Below the pieces are notes generated by a model. The model saw nothing but the letters and a program-made list of their open reading frames with translations, did no database searches and had not been told where the DNA came from. A stretch of 63,454 nt of DNA, filler included, from Octopus bimaculoides (taxonomy: Eukaryota), in assembly GCF_001194135.2 (NCBI RefSeq). It is 8 parts of 7 records of this genome, joined end to end, with 100 filler letters (N's around TTAATTAATTAA, not from the genome) between each part and the next. Parts side by side here need not be neighbours in the genome. Positions count along the whole stretch, not along the records: positions 34,151 to 41,512 come from NW_026325767.1; positions 41,613 to 59,669 come from NC_069005.1; 6 more parts are not named here. One strand, given 5' to 3'. Made by a program: the position numbers and the translations under genes. This document shows, piece after piece, positions 38,006 through 50,910 of this stretch. The first letter of the stretch is position 1; every line of letters starts with the position of its first letter.

Positions 38006-38446
38006 AGTGTGTTTCGTGTTGTATTCATCAAATACAGTCTCTTACTACTGAGTGAATAATTGGCTCAATTTGAAAAGATTTTATACTGATAAAACTGTAT
38101 GGCTATCCAGCCATCCACTTTGTGGGAGGGTTATAGGGTTAGAATCCTCAGGCACTTCCTCCATAGTGTCCTGTCAGAAGCAACAATCATTACGCTTTCT
38201 GGCTGAATTCCCAAGCACGAGCAACTGTAAAAACATCCCTACTCATGGGGGAAATATAACCTTACTTGGAAACAAGTAAAGGTTGGTGACAGGAAGGGCA
38301 TCCTGCTGTAGAAAATACACAACAAATTTCATCCAGCCCATGTAAGTATGGAAAAGTGGACATTAAGACGATGATGAGAAGGATGTTTTTTTTTTCTTGA
38401 ACTTTCTCAAAAGAAGTCAATAATTTATCATTTTCCATTGTTCCAG

Positions 38447-38676
38447 ATGTATCTATCACAACCTATACTCTGATCCCCTAAACTGGTTAGGCAATGCAGA
38501 TATTACAGTTACAAGCACAGATTTCATTGATTTTCTCCAGTGCAAGATCACCAGTTCAGTTCACAATGTTGCCGTTGTCATTTGTTCTCTAACCAGCTTG
38601 ATAATTCATCGGTCTCCAGCTTATACCTGCCAGTTCTTAGAGAAATTAGGAAACAGACATTCGTCACCATTTCCGG
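38447..38676 (+). CDS. ELP5: Elongator complex protein 5, internal exon (phase 2/1)
   Basis: ttccag|A TGT ATC...CCG G|GTAAGT; the only open frame gives CIYHNLYSDPLNWLG...VAVVICSLTSLIIHRSPAYTCQFLEKLGNRHSSPFP versus human LVYHDFFRDPLNWS...VTIALDSLSWLLLRLPCTTLCQVLHAVSHQDS. Confidence 0.88.
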
Positions 38677-39149
38677 GTAAGTACATGTGTATGGCTGAGT
38701 GGTTAAGAAGCTCATTTTGCAACCATATGGTTTTGAGTTCAGTCCTACTGTGCAGTGCCATGAGCTCCGTGATAAAATAAGGTCTTGTGAATGTATTTGG
38801 TGGATGGAAACTGTGTGGAAATTCATTGCACATGTGTGTATGTGCATGCATGTGTGTGTGTGTCTCCACTACTTGACAACTCTGTTAGTTTGTTTACATC
38901 TCTGTAACTTACCAGTTTGACAAGAAAAGACTGATAAAATAAGAACCAGGCTTAAAATTCTGGACATCACCTTGGAGGACACAGAGGGGTGGCACAGGAC
39001 TGCCAGCATTGGAGAGCACTGGTGGATCTAGTCGGCTCTATGCATGATGACATCTCTGGGACCATTAACCTTGGACAACCCTCACCCCCATCAAGCAAGA
39101 GCATGAAGCAAGCAAGGCTTAAAATTAGTATTGCAGTCAATTTGTTCCG

Positions 39150-39430
39150 CCGCTGGACTGGCTCCCGTGCAGGTGGCACGTAAAAAACACATTTTTAAGT
39201 GTGGCCGTTGCCAGTGCCGTGTGACTGGCCCTCATGCCGGTGGCACGTAAAAGCACCCACTACACTCTTGGAGTGGTTGGCGTTAGGAAGGGCATCCAGC
39301 TGTAGAAACTCTGCCAGATCAGATTGGAGCCTGGTGCAGCCTTCTGGCTTGCCAGTCCTCAGTTAAATTGTCCAACCCATGCTAGCATGGAAAGCAAACG
39401 TTAAATGATGATGGTGATGATGATGATGCC
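39150..39430 (+). mobile_element. Family 4 retroelement copy in an ELP5 intron
   Basis: Same family as 37090-37460. Confidence 0.8.
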
Positions 39431-39567
39431 CCTGTTGAATGACCACAAAGAGGTTCTCTTGTTGACTCAACCCTTATCTACTTACTGTTAGGTGTACTGA
39501 GTCAGAAGGAGTTAAATGTTTTGGCCATTGAGACAGTTCAGGTCTAGTGACAGGAAAGGGACATTTT

Positions 39568-39680
39568 TGTCTATAGGAGTCAACATTTGGTCTGCTGTCT
39601 ATAGGGGTCAACATTTGGTCTGCTGTCTATCGGGGTCTATACTTGGTCTGCTGTCTTTAGGGGGCAACACTTAGGTTGTC
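39568..39680. repeat. 28-bp minisatellite, about 4 copies
   Basis: tgtctatagg(a/g)gtcaacatttggtctgc at 39568 and 39596, with diverged copies at 39624 and 39652. Confidence 0.85.
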
Positions 39681-40680
39681 AAGTAAATTCTTTCTGTTTG
39701 GTACTCCATTGTCATATGTCTCTGAAAAGAAGTAAATTTTATTCAAATTTCAAAAACAATAAACAAAAGTTGTAGAAGAAGAATAGAGTTACTAAAAAAC
39801 CCATGAAACACTATGAAATAAATATTTTTCATACGTATTCAAATAGCATTGGAAAAGATTGAAATAAATGATGGAAAAATGGGATTTATTTGCCAAACCC
39901 AATACATGGCTGTGTGGTGAAGAAGTTGGCTTTGCAACTATGTGGTTCCAGGTTCAGTCCTGTTGCATGGCGTCTTGGACAAGTGTTTTTGTTTTTTTTT
40001 ACTAAGGTCCTGGTTTAACCAATGCCTTGTGACAGAAATCAGTAGAAGGAAACAATAGAAGCTTGTCAAATACATGTGTGTATGCATGTTTGTATGTATC
40101 TTTGTCTATATCTTATGACTTAACAGTTTGACAAGAGATTGATAAGGTGGGTGCTGGTGCTACATAAAAAGAACCCATGTCAGTGACATGGAAAAAGCAT
40201 TCATACTGGGGTCACATAAAAAGCACCTGTGCTGTGTAAAAGCACTCAGTACACTCTGTAAAGTGGTTGATATTAGGAAGGGCATCCAGTCATAGAAACC
40301 ATGCAATAAGGCGGTGAGCTGGCAGAAATGTTAGCACGCCGGGCGAAACGCTTAGCAGTATCTTGTCTGTCTGTACGTTCTGAGTTCAAATTCCGCCGAG
40401 GTCGACTTTGCCTTTCATCCTTTCGAGGTCAACAAATTAAGTACCAGTTACACACTGGGGTCGATGTAATCGACTTAATCCCTCTATGTTTAGCCCCTTG
40501 TGGGCAGTAAAGAAATAAGAAACCATGCAAAAAGTGACATGGAGCCTGGGTAGCTCTTCAGCTGGCCAGCTTCTGCCAAACCATTCCACCCATGCCAGCA
40601 TGGAAAAACGGACGTTAGATAAAGACGATAATTAGATGTCATTTATTATGATAGTGATTTGTACTCTTGTATATTTCCAG

Positions 40681-40859
40681 ATGTTTCTATTGGCCAAGTC
40701 GTATCTCTAGTACACCAGGACCTACACAATGAATATACTTTAAAACAGCTTCGGTATGTTTCAAGCAGTGTGATAAGCCTTCTGGAAGATTCATCGGTGA
40801 ATCATCTCACCAACTGCAATGTGGTTCATCGCAGGATTTCTGGAAAGATCTTCAAAAGT
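40681..40859 (+). CDS. ELP5: Elongator complex protein 5, internal exon (phase 1/0)
   Basis: tttccag|AT GTT...AAA AGT|GTTAGT; (D)VSIGQVVSLVHQDLHNEYTLKQLRYVSSSVISL...CNVVHRRISGKIFKS versus human KVSVLGLLHEELHGPGPVGALSSLAQTEVTL...AHILCRRP; G+AT completes an Asp codon with the previous exon. Confidence 0.88.
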
Positions 40860-41322
40860 GTTAGTACACACTTAGTTTCATTGGTTTATTGTTGCCTCTG
40901 TTATTTTCTCTGAGCCAATCTGTGGCCATCACACATTTATTTGAGCCTTTTTGTTACCATTATTTCTATTGAAATATGCCCTCTTTACTACAATTAATTT
41001 AGAAAATAATAATGAATATAGTAAAATATATATATATATATTAGCGACAGAAGCAGTATTCATACTGCAATGTAATATTTATCCCCACTTAAACATAGAT
41101 GTTCTAGTAGAACAAACTATACTGTGGTAGTTACGATGAGAGAGAAATTCTCATATTGGCTTTTGGTGCAAAATGCACTCTTGTATATATTGCTGCACCA
41201 AAGACCAACATCAGTGTTTCTCTCGTGGTATAACTACTGCAGTAAATTTTGTTCTAACAGAACATCCATGTTTAACTTTTTAGAATTCAAACTTTATATT
41301 ATTACTGATTATTCGGGGGCGT

Positions 41323-41512
41323 AGGAATACTTCTAGCGGAGAAATGGGTGGATAAGGTAATCGAGGTCGTTAGAGTAAGTGACAGAGTACTTAAGATCAG
41401 ACTAGTGCTTCATCATAGATTAGCTACTGTCATCTCAGCCTATGCACCTCAACCTGGGCTACCAGATGGTCTGAAAGACCAATTCTATGACACCCTCTTG
41501 CAAACTACCTCG
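41323..41512 (+). mobile_element. LINE (RTE-like) APE endonuclease fragment
   Basis: GGVGILLAEKWVDKVIEVVRVSDRVLKIRLVLHHRLATVISAYAPQPGLPDGLKDQFYDTL; cut by the scaffold end. Confidence 0.8.
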
Positions 41513-41612
41513 NNNNNNNNNNNNNNNNNNNNNNNNNNNNNNNNNNNNNNNNNNNNTTAATTAATTAANNNNNNNNNNNNNNNNNNNNNNNNNNNNNNNN
41601 NNNNNNNNNNNN
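41513..41612. other. Artificial scaffold-concatenation spacer
   Basis: 44 N + TTAATTAATTAA + 44 N. Confidence 0.95.
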
Positions 41613-41991
41613 TGATACAAGAAAGGGACAACAAAACATCCAGATAGACGATACAAAGAAAACAAGGACAGGTCATTTGGGGTTTTCTTTCATCAGTCGA
41701 GTTCCAGATTATCCTTGCAATTTCAGCTGGTTATGCTCGATATTGCTCCGATCTGGCCAGCCCCAAGGAAAAACTAAGCTAAGAGCATTAGATTCCTTGA
41801 GAGAAAGCAGCGAATGTATACAAAAACAAGGACAGAAAAAGCAAACAATGATACACAAATACAATAAAAATAATAACAGGACATAACAACAGGTGTCTTT
41901 CGACTAAGGACGAATTAAATTAAATTAAGCTGGCGTATGGAAAAATAAAGTTAAGATAGAAAATTCTAAAATAATTTTATAAAAAATATTT

Positions 41992-42027
41992 CAGTACCGG
42001 TTTCAGTCATTGAGACTTTTTCAACTG
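41992..42027 (-). ncRNA. Atypical minimal hammerhead motif (U3:A8 variant) in a probable PLE terminal repeat (about 41613-42110)
   Basis: Minus strand: cag UUGAAAA aguc-ucaau-gacu GAAA ccgg UA|cug; palindromic ACCGGU stem III, as in the 13941 motif. Confidence 0.55.
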
Positions 42028-42649
42028 TAAGTATGGGAAACAATTGAATTTCGGAAAAATTAAAAGAAAAGTTTTTTAAAAGAATATTTGCATAGTATTC
42101 AGATACAGGGGCATTTTCCTTGTTTCTGCTTGTCTCTGTCTCTCTTGTTTACTCCAGAGGAATTAGGTACTTAAGTTGAAGCACCAAATCAGTCCGGTAT
42201 TATCAATACACCTCGAATAAGGTGAATAAAATTAAAATAAGCAACAGGATAGCTTGTTGCTTATTTTGATTATATATATGTGTGTGTGTGTGTGTCTGTC
42301 TGTTTGTCTGTGTGCGCGTGCGCGCGCGTGTATGTGCATATACACACACACATACAGACACACTCACACGTATATGACACGGAAGCAGTAATAGATATAC
42401 ATATGTACGCAGACATACATTAGCATAAGTACAATAAATGCATATATGCATACATACACACACATTTATATGGTGACCCGAAAAGAATGCAACATTTTCT
42501 CATTTCAACAGAAATAAGTAAAGTACACGCAGTATAAAGACATAAGTAGAATTTATTGTAAATAAAATGCATATCTGATGGGTTATTAAGCTGTCGTTCT
42601 GTGATAAATATGTCCGCCATGTTTAGACATAGTGCACGCTTTATCAGTC

Positions 42650-42752
42650 ACGTTACCTCATCATCGCTATCATCATCATCATCGTCCTCATCATCATCAT
42701 TATCATCATCATCATCGTCCTCATCATCATCCTTATCATCATCATCATCATT

Positions 42753-42790
<38 letters not shown>

Positions 42791-43155
42791 TATCATCTTC
42801 ATCATCATCATCATCATCGTCCCCATCATCATCATTATCATCATCATCATCGTCCTCATCATCATCCATATCATCATCATCGTCGTCATCATCATCATCA
42901 TCATCATCATCACCACCACCACCATCTCCGTCGTCACCGTCGTCGTCGTCGTCGGCAGCGGCAGCAGTACTACCACTGTCACCATCATCAACATCCTCGC
43001 CATCAAAATAATCATCATCACCATTGTCATCATAATTATCGTTGTCTTGTTTATCGTCATCGTCGTCATCATCATCGTCATCATCATCATCATCACCAGC
43101 ACCATCATTGTCGTTGTCGTCATCATCGTCGTCGCCGTCGTCATCATCATCACTT
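42650..43155. repeat. Mosaic (CAT/CGT/CAC)n trinucleotide repeat
   Basis: About 500 bp of imperfect CAT repeats; source of the spurious poly-Ser/His/Asp/Met ORFs. Confidence 0.95.
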
Positions 43156-43774
43156 TTCTATTCTTGCAAGTGTCCTACTCTAGCCCCGAGCCGACCAAAG
43201 CCTCGTGAATTAAAAAAAGCCCGTCCTTTGTGCGTGTGTGTGTGTGTGTGTGTTCATGCGAGTGTGTGTGTGTTCATGCGAGTGTGCGTGCGTGCGTGCT
43301 GCGTGTCATTGGGTTTGTCACCATCACCGCTTGCCAACCGGTTTTGGCTTGTTTACGACCCGGTAACTTAGTGGTTCAGCAAAATAGACCGATAGAATAT
43401 ATATATATCAGGCTTTAAAAACATAATCTCTGGGGTCAATTTGTCTGACTAAACCTTTCTTGGCGGTGTTCCAGCAAGGTAGCCGTCCAATGAGTGAACC
43501 AAGAAAAAGACAGAAGGTCGACGGAAAAGAAATATGAGACAAATCCAAAATAAATGCAAAATTAAAAACAGAAACCACAAGAGTGAAAAGGACACTGAAT
43601 GCATTAGGTTGGCACTCAGCTAAACATGGAAGGAAGAAGGACTGTGACACCTCGAGCCCGTACCCTTTGTCAGAAAGAGGGAACCGGAGAGGTCGACAAA
43701 GAAGGCAAAGAAGCGTCCTAGAAAAGCACGAGTGTCGTTACATGGCCTTATATATGAGTGCGTATGTATATTCT

Positions 43775-44157
43775 TTTATTCTTTTATTTGTTTCAGTTAT
43801 TTGACTGCGACCATGCTGGAGCACCACCTTTACTCGAGCAAATCGATCCCAGAACTTATTCTTTGTAAGCCTAGTACTTATTCTATCGGTCTCTTTGCCG
43901 AACCGCTAAGCTACGGGACGTAAACACACCAGCATCGTTGTCAAGCGATAGTGGGTGGACAAACACAGGCACACAAACATACATGTATATACATACGACG
44001 GGCTTCTTTCAGTTTCCGTCTACCAAATCCACTCACAAGGCTTTGGTTGGTCTGAGGCTATAGTAGAAGACACTTGCCCAAGGTGCTACGCAGTGGGACT
44101 GATCCCAGAACCATGTGGTTGGTAAGTAAGCTACTTACTACACAGCCACGCCTGCGC
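43775..44157 (-). mobile_element. Full-length family 1 (OK-like) SINE
   Basis: Reverse complement from the head taggcgcaggcgtggctgtg to the tail gaaacaaataaaagaataaaagaata. Confidence 0.85.
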
Positions 44158-45509
44158 CTATATATACATTTAAAAGAATCCATGAAGATGATCAACCCGA
44201 TGCCCACGGGATACTATGGCCTACATTGTAATCATCCCAGGAATACGGACTGTGATCTTAAGAGACATGTAATCTGTGGAAACGTGCGTAGCAATGTGTT
44301 AAATGTTTATAAATTCCATCCAAAGATTATTGTTATTATTACCTTATATATAAAGGCAGCGAGCTGGCAGAATCGTTAGCACGCTGGATGAAATTCTTAA
44401 CGGCATTTCACCTGTCGCTACGTTCTGAGTTAAAATTCCGCAGAAGTCGACTTTGCTTTTCATCCTTTCGGAGTCGATAAATTAAGTACCAGTTGAGTAC
44501 TGGAGTCAATATAATCGACTAGGCTCCTACCCCCCACCAAATTTCAGGTTTTGTACCTATTGCAGAAAGGATTATTACTCTGCCTGTATGTATGTATGTA
44601 TGTCCGTGTACGGCAGACTTCTTTTACTTTCTGTCAACTAAATCCACTCACAATGATTTGCAATGGTTGCACCCGTTTGCTGCAAATGGAGATTAAGACG
44701 TGTTTCCTTCGGAAGATTGTGTTTATAATCGAAACATTTTTCTTAACCAAATTTCCATTCATTTTTTTTTTAAATAATGACATTTTCCCACACATCATCC
44801 TTTGGTACACCTGAATACAACGTCAGTGATATATCCTGGAGGTTATAAGGCGTTTTAGGTCTTTCATCATCAGACATTGTCGCCCGGGTGACCCAGCCAG
44901 GTTCGATCAAGCCCCAGTTTGTATCTAGTTAGTATTACGCCTTGTAACACCACCCTTTCTGGGGATCCCGCCTCCTAATCTGCCGCCACCTTGGGACAAA
45001 TTCTGCTGCTTCAACAGCCCACTACCTTTGCCGTTATTAAGCTGGTGTAAAAGCTGGCAGAATCGTTGGCATGCCGGGTAAAATGCTTCACGGCATTCCG
45101 TCCGTCATTGTACTCTGAGCTCAAATTCCGCCGAGATCGACCTTGCCTTTCATCCTTTCGGGGTCGATAAAATAAGTACGAATTGAACACTGGGGTCAAT
45201 ATATTCGAGTTCCCCTCCCCTCAAAAACTGATGGCCCTGTGCCAAAAGTTGAAAGAATTAAGCTGGTGTTTAAGGCAGCGTGCTGACAGAATCGTTAACG
45301 CGTCCGGAAAAAAAGATGCTTAGCGCCACATTNNNNNNNNNNNNNNNNNNNNNNNNNNNNNNNNNNNNNNNNNNNNNNNNNNNNNNNNNNNNNNNNNNNN
45401 NNNNNNNNNNNNNNNNNNNNNNNNNNNNNNNNNNNNNNNNNNNNNNNNNNNNNNNNNNNNNNNNNNNNNNNNNNNNNNNNNNNNNNNNNNNNNNNNNNNN
45501 NNNATATAT

Positions 45510-45557
<48 letters not shown>

Positions 45558-45868
45558 TATGTATGTATCTAATAATATACATCCATACATATATAGGATT
45601 ATATAAATGCATTATGTATGTATGTATACGTATGTATACACATAATGAAAGTACTGACTTTTAAGATTTTCATCATAAAGTGATATTAGATGTTGCAAGT
45701 ACCAATTTCGGGCAGAAAAGTGGAATAAAACTCAAACTGACACTTACCATAACAAATAACACATTATTATAACCTCTTTGTGTGTGTTTGTGTGAGCCCC
45801 AGTGTGTGAGCGTATGTGTATGCGAATACGCATATAGACATATGGGTGTCTATATATTCATATTTTAC

Positions 45869-45899
<31 letters not shown>

Positions 45900-47370
45900 C
45901 TGATCAATAGAAACAGACCAACAGAGAGAGAGATAATGTGTTTGTGTATGTGTATGTGTGTGTGCGCACGCGCGTCTGTGTCCTAGTGTGTGTGGCTGCG
46001 TGTGTATCTACGTGTGAGTTTGCATGTGTGCGTGCACTTCTATGTATGTGTGAACATTTACACAGAACATTTTAACGAACTCTTGTATTTAACAAATGTT
46101 CTGTAATAACAGTTATAGTTTTTTTTTTTGTTTAGTCTATCTGGTTTTCTTCCTGATGTTGTTTGCTTCATACATCACTGTGTATAATAGTATTCAATAT
46201 AATGTTAAGATGGTGAGATCGTTAGCGTGTAGGACACAATACTTAGCGGCATTTCGTCTTTCTTTACGTTCTGAGTTCAAATTCTACCAACGTTGACTTT
46301 GCCTTTCCTCCTTTTGGGGTCTATAACATAAGTATCAGTTGAGACCTGAAGTCAGTGTTATTGACTACTTCCCTCCCGCAAAATTTCAAGACTTGTACTT
46401 ATAGTAGAAAAGGTTATTATTATCATCATCATCATCATCATCACCATTATTATCATTATTATTATCGTCATCATCATAATCATCATCATCATCATTATCA
46501 TTATTATTACTGTTGTTGTTGTTGTTGTTGTTAAGGTGGGGAGCTGGAAGAAACGTTAGCACTCTGGACGAAATGCTTAGCGTCCGTCTTTACGTTCTGA
46601 ATTCGAACTCCACCGAAGTCGATTTTGCCTTTCTTCCTTTCGAGGCCGATAAAATAAGTACCAGTTGAACACTGCAGTGTTGTGTGCAAGCTGTTGTTGA
46701 CTTTAAATACTCAGCAAGATTATTGCTGACAGCCGTTGCTTTGAACATCTTGGATGAAATAATTTGTCAGTGATGGTCATACTGGTCCACGAGTTGAAAT
46801 CCACCATATATGTATGTATGTATATGTTTGAGTGTGTATATGTATGTTAGCACGGGCGAAATGCTTAGCGGTATTTCGTCTGCCGCTACGTTCTGAGTTC
46901 AAATTCCGTCGAGGTCGACTTTGCCTTTCATCCTTTCGGGGTCGATTACGCACTGGGGTCGATGTAATCGACTTAATCCGTTCGTCTGTCCTTGTTTGTC
47001 CCCTCTGTGTGTAGCCCCTTGTGGGTAGTAAAGAAATAACATATATATATATACGTGTATGTATGTGTGTGTGTGTATTTGTGTTCAAACAGATATGTAT
47101 AATACATATCAGTAGTGTGTGTCTATGCTCGTGTTTGTCTCCCACACTGCTTGACAACCGGTGTTGGTTTGTTTACGTACACGTAAGCTAGCGGTTCGGC
47201 ATTAGAGATCGATAGAATAATTATCAGACTTAAAAATAATAAATAAGTGCTGGAGTCGATTTGCTCAACTAAAACTCTTCAAGACACTGCCCCAGAATGG
47301 CCGCAATCCAATGACTGAAGTAAGTAAAAGATAAAAGATATTTATGCCTGTGTATATGGACCCGTATGTA

Positions 47371-48226
47371 CATGGTGCGTTCAAGAAGTTTTGAGACTTT
47401 TTCTGGTGAGACATTTATTAATTTCAAAGAAATGCAAAACGCTAAGCTCCTTCGAAGTAGGATTCTCTGACTTCAATGCACTTGTTGTAGTGCTCCAGCC
47501 ACTTCATGAAGGCCTCATGAAAGTTCTCCAAAGGTGTTCATCTTGCTTCATCCCCTTCGGCTTGAGGAAGAACCAAAAGTCACAGGGAGCAAGGCCTGGA
47601 CTGTAGGAAGGGTGTGGGACAGTTTTCATGCCCATCTCTGTCAAGTAGTTGGTTATGTTACGAGGATGGAATTGTGGACTTGTGCATTGTCCTGGTGCAG
47701 GTGCTTTGGCCTTTTGCGACGAAATCGCTTCCTGAACTCACTCAAACCACCACAAAGTACTCATTGTTAACCATCTGGCCACAGGAACCTAGTGGGTGTA
47801 GGTGATGCTATTGCTGTCGAAAAAGGGGACCATCATGAGCTTCCCAGTGGAGTGGCTTTTCATGGTCTCTTGTGCCAGCGAGAAGCAGATGCTCGGTTAA
47901 TACATGTTAATCCATAAGCAGTCTGAGCATTTCGTAAGTATCTGTAGCGTTTTTTTCCCAGCTTAACACAAAACTTTATTGCATCGTCTGCTTCCAAATT
48001 GTCTTCACGTCCCGACTGCCTTCTGATAACTAAATCAGCTGCGACAGGCTGTGTTTAGTGAAAGTGTTCAAAGTGTTTATACAGCCGTCTCCTTCAGTGT
48101 AGAGACGGAATGTTGGCTAGTTAGCGTATTAGATGTATGTTAACGATATACTAATACTACAATAATCTTAGGCAAGTTATAACTTCCTCTCCTAAAAAAG
48201 TCTTAAAACTTCTGAAATGCACTTCG
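47371..48226 (-). mobile_element. Decayed mariner element with imperfect TIRs and TA flanks
   Basis: Left TA|catggtgcgttcaagaagttttgagactttttc versus the reverse complement of the right end TA|cgaagtgcatttcagaagttttaagactttttt; internal minus-strand KLMMVPFFDSNSI resembles mariner KLMASVFWD..GI. Confidence 0.7.
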
Positions 48227-48999
48227 TATGTACATATTTCTCTGTAGTTATTGTTCGGAATGGCATCTAAATTATTCCACAAAAAAGTGAACACTTGTCC
48301 GGTATTACATCACGGTTGTATGGTATACGTGTGCGTACGGAAATTTCTGTGGACGCGTATGGTTACATAGTCTGTTGGGTGGAGGTGAAGGAATATAAAG
48401 GTGCAATGCTAAACTGACTTGACGCCTAAAAATAAACATGCATACATACACAAGCATGCTTAGGCATATATATACACAGAGAGACATTCTTGTATGTGAG
48501 CGTGGGGGGGGGGGGTATGTACGTGTTTCTATATGTTAATATATACACGTTAATGTTGAATGACAAGAATGAGTGCTCAACACTGCATTGGGTTCATGTT
48601 AAGAAAAATATCTTAATATCTTAACAATTTTGCAAGTCGATTACATGGAGGAATGGTATTCGTCTCCATTTTGGATGAAAACACAAAATGTCTCGTGAAT
48701 TGTGTCGAGAATTCACGAAAGAGTTTCGTAAAGAAAACTACAAATTAAGGGGCACTACTCTTGGATGATACATTTTTAGTGATTATCTCCCTTGGGTTTC
48801 ACTTTTGTAAAAAAAAAAGTGTTGGACGATGAATTTGTTTGCATTATATTATATTATATTCTGGGTACGTGTGACGTTCGTGTATTTGTATGCTGAGGGG
48901 TATGGTTCTTCTATGAGCTCATGTGTTGTATATATTGAATGATCACGTTCAGGGAAAAAAATCTATTCTTGTGGGGTAGGCGATAAAGGTAGTGGTTCC

Positions 49000-49855
49000 T
49001 CTTTGAAGTGTCGGAGTGTGAAATATTGCTTCTATACGCAGGGAGAGGCGGTTTCATCCCTAATATGTAAAATGTTATCTGTTGACTATGATATTTAGCT
49101 TTTCTGTGGTACAGAGCGCACATTTGGTACCCCTCTGTATTTTCTGGTTTTAGCAATCAGGCTACATGTTATGTGGGAGTTGTTTGTTCTTCCTTCTTTC
49201 ACTGTCCACATCATGTTGGATAGGGATGTTGCATGTCTTTTTTTCTTTTTGGTCCGTGAATGACGCCAGGTGTTGCGTGTATCTTTTCTTGAACGAGTTA
49301 CCCGTCATTCCGATATACGTCTTTGTTACTCCGTTGAGATCCATGATTTTGGCCTTGTACACGAGTTCTTTTTCCAGACAGTTATTATTCATAGGACAGC
49401 CGGTTATAGATCTACCGTTACAGTGTCTCTCGGTGGTATGCCTGGTGTGTTTATTTGTATTGTGGTTGAGTATTATTGACCCTATATTGGGGAAGGAACT
49501 ATAGCTGACTTTAACAGTGCTCCTGTTGAAAATCTTATGGTATTTGTGTGAAGTGGAAATAGAATATCTATTAATTTTAAGAATTTCCTAGCTATTTTAG
49601 TGGCTACATTCATGTTATAAGGCGGGTTAAACCATAAGATTTTTCTCTGTCTGCATCTTCTTGGTTTATATGGATCTGGTTCAATGTAGTTTATGGTAGT
49701 CTTGAACTTGGGCCTTTCTAATGCAGCATTATAGTAAGGGGCGGCCTTTATAAAAGTATCTTCATCGGCGGATAGATTGGAGACGCGCCTGCTAATGTTA
49801 TTAACTAATTATTTAATAATTTCTGATGGGTGGTTGAAACCTGTCTATTTTCATA
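49000..49855 (-). mobile_element. Penelope-like element: RT thumb and GIY-YIG endonuclease, frameshifted
   Basis: NHPSEIIK*LVNNISRRVSNLSADEDTFIKAAPYYNAAL...ILWFNPPYNMNVATKIARKFL...NRSTVKVSYS...CLEKELVYKAKI...TYIGMTGNSFKKRYTQHLASF. Confidence 0.85.
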
Positions 49856-50873
49856 TACATCGGTTCTAGGCGTAACAGCCAGTAACTGACGCAGCCTAGT
49901 GGCGTGAGAAATTTAAGGCGTATGCAGGAAGGGTGTCGTCACCTCCCACGAAGCATTAGTTTTGGTAGGAGAAAATAAAATCGGATACTTTTTGAACGCA
50001 CCTCGTATATAAACATATAGCCTAAACGCCCGCCTGCCCGCCAAGCCAGCGGAATGCCAACGTTCAAAAGCTACAAGAACGCGAAGTAGTGCACTGTGCG
50101 TCTAAAAGAGATGTTATCTCGAAACAAATGCCACAGCTAACTTGGCTTTCCATGATGTGCTTGCATTAAATATGATCGCAGATAGCTGCTTTTAACAAAT
50201 AATGATTCTGTTGCACATATCGAATGTATGTATATGCACTCAGATATGTATGTATGTATGTATGCATGCATGCATGTATGTATGTATTTCTACGTAAGAA
50301 GAATTCCTAATGGCATTTTCACAGCTGCAACTCGGATTGTAGAGAAGTATAAAATTTATATTAAAGACTCGCTTGAAACGGTTTCTCAACAATTCTTTTC
50401 TCATCAAACAGTCTTAACCAACGATTATTAGAGACAGGTTTGTATTTACAGCTAGTTTCCTCCACATATTATACAGATATTTTTGCGTGTGCGTGTTTAT
50501 ATGTGTGCCTGCATATACATAAATTCATGCACACATGTGTATGTTTGTATGTGTGTGTGTTTGTATGTGTGTATGTGTGTGTGCACTCGTGGATAAGCAT
50601 GTGTGCCTGTATATATGTTACTGTGTATGTGTATGTATATGTGTTTATACATATACACACACATATATATATATATATATAAATATATACATAAATATTC
50701 AATCATGAGTACAAGTATATATTACTTTATATATACACACATACAGACATACATACACACACAAACAGAGAATCAGAGAAACACACGCACATATACTTTA
50801 ATATATATATAGGTATATGTGTAGTGGATGAGAAGATGCTAATGCAAGCATCTCATATGTGTGCATATGTATG

Positions 50874-50910
<37 letters not shown>

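Noticed and set aside
32918-40859. ELP5 nested on the same strand inside a guanylyl cyclase intron
   Set aside because: An artificial spacer at 34051-34150 separates them, so adjacency is probably not biological.
42601-43183. Poly-His, poly-Ser and poly-Asp ORFs
   Set aside because: Translations of a (CAT)n mosaic microsatellite; open in several frames on both strands with no splice or domain evidence.
48693-48718. 9-bp inverted repeat tcgtgaatt/aattcacga (and a 10-bp one at 20343-20372)
   Set aside because: Short enough to occur by chance in 60 kb of AT-rich DNA; no supporting context.
50375-50415. Minus-strand UUGAUGA...GAAACCG motif
   Set aside because: No stem II pairing between the core and GAAA.
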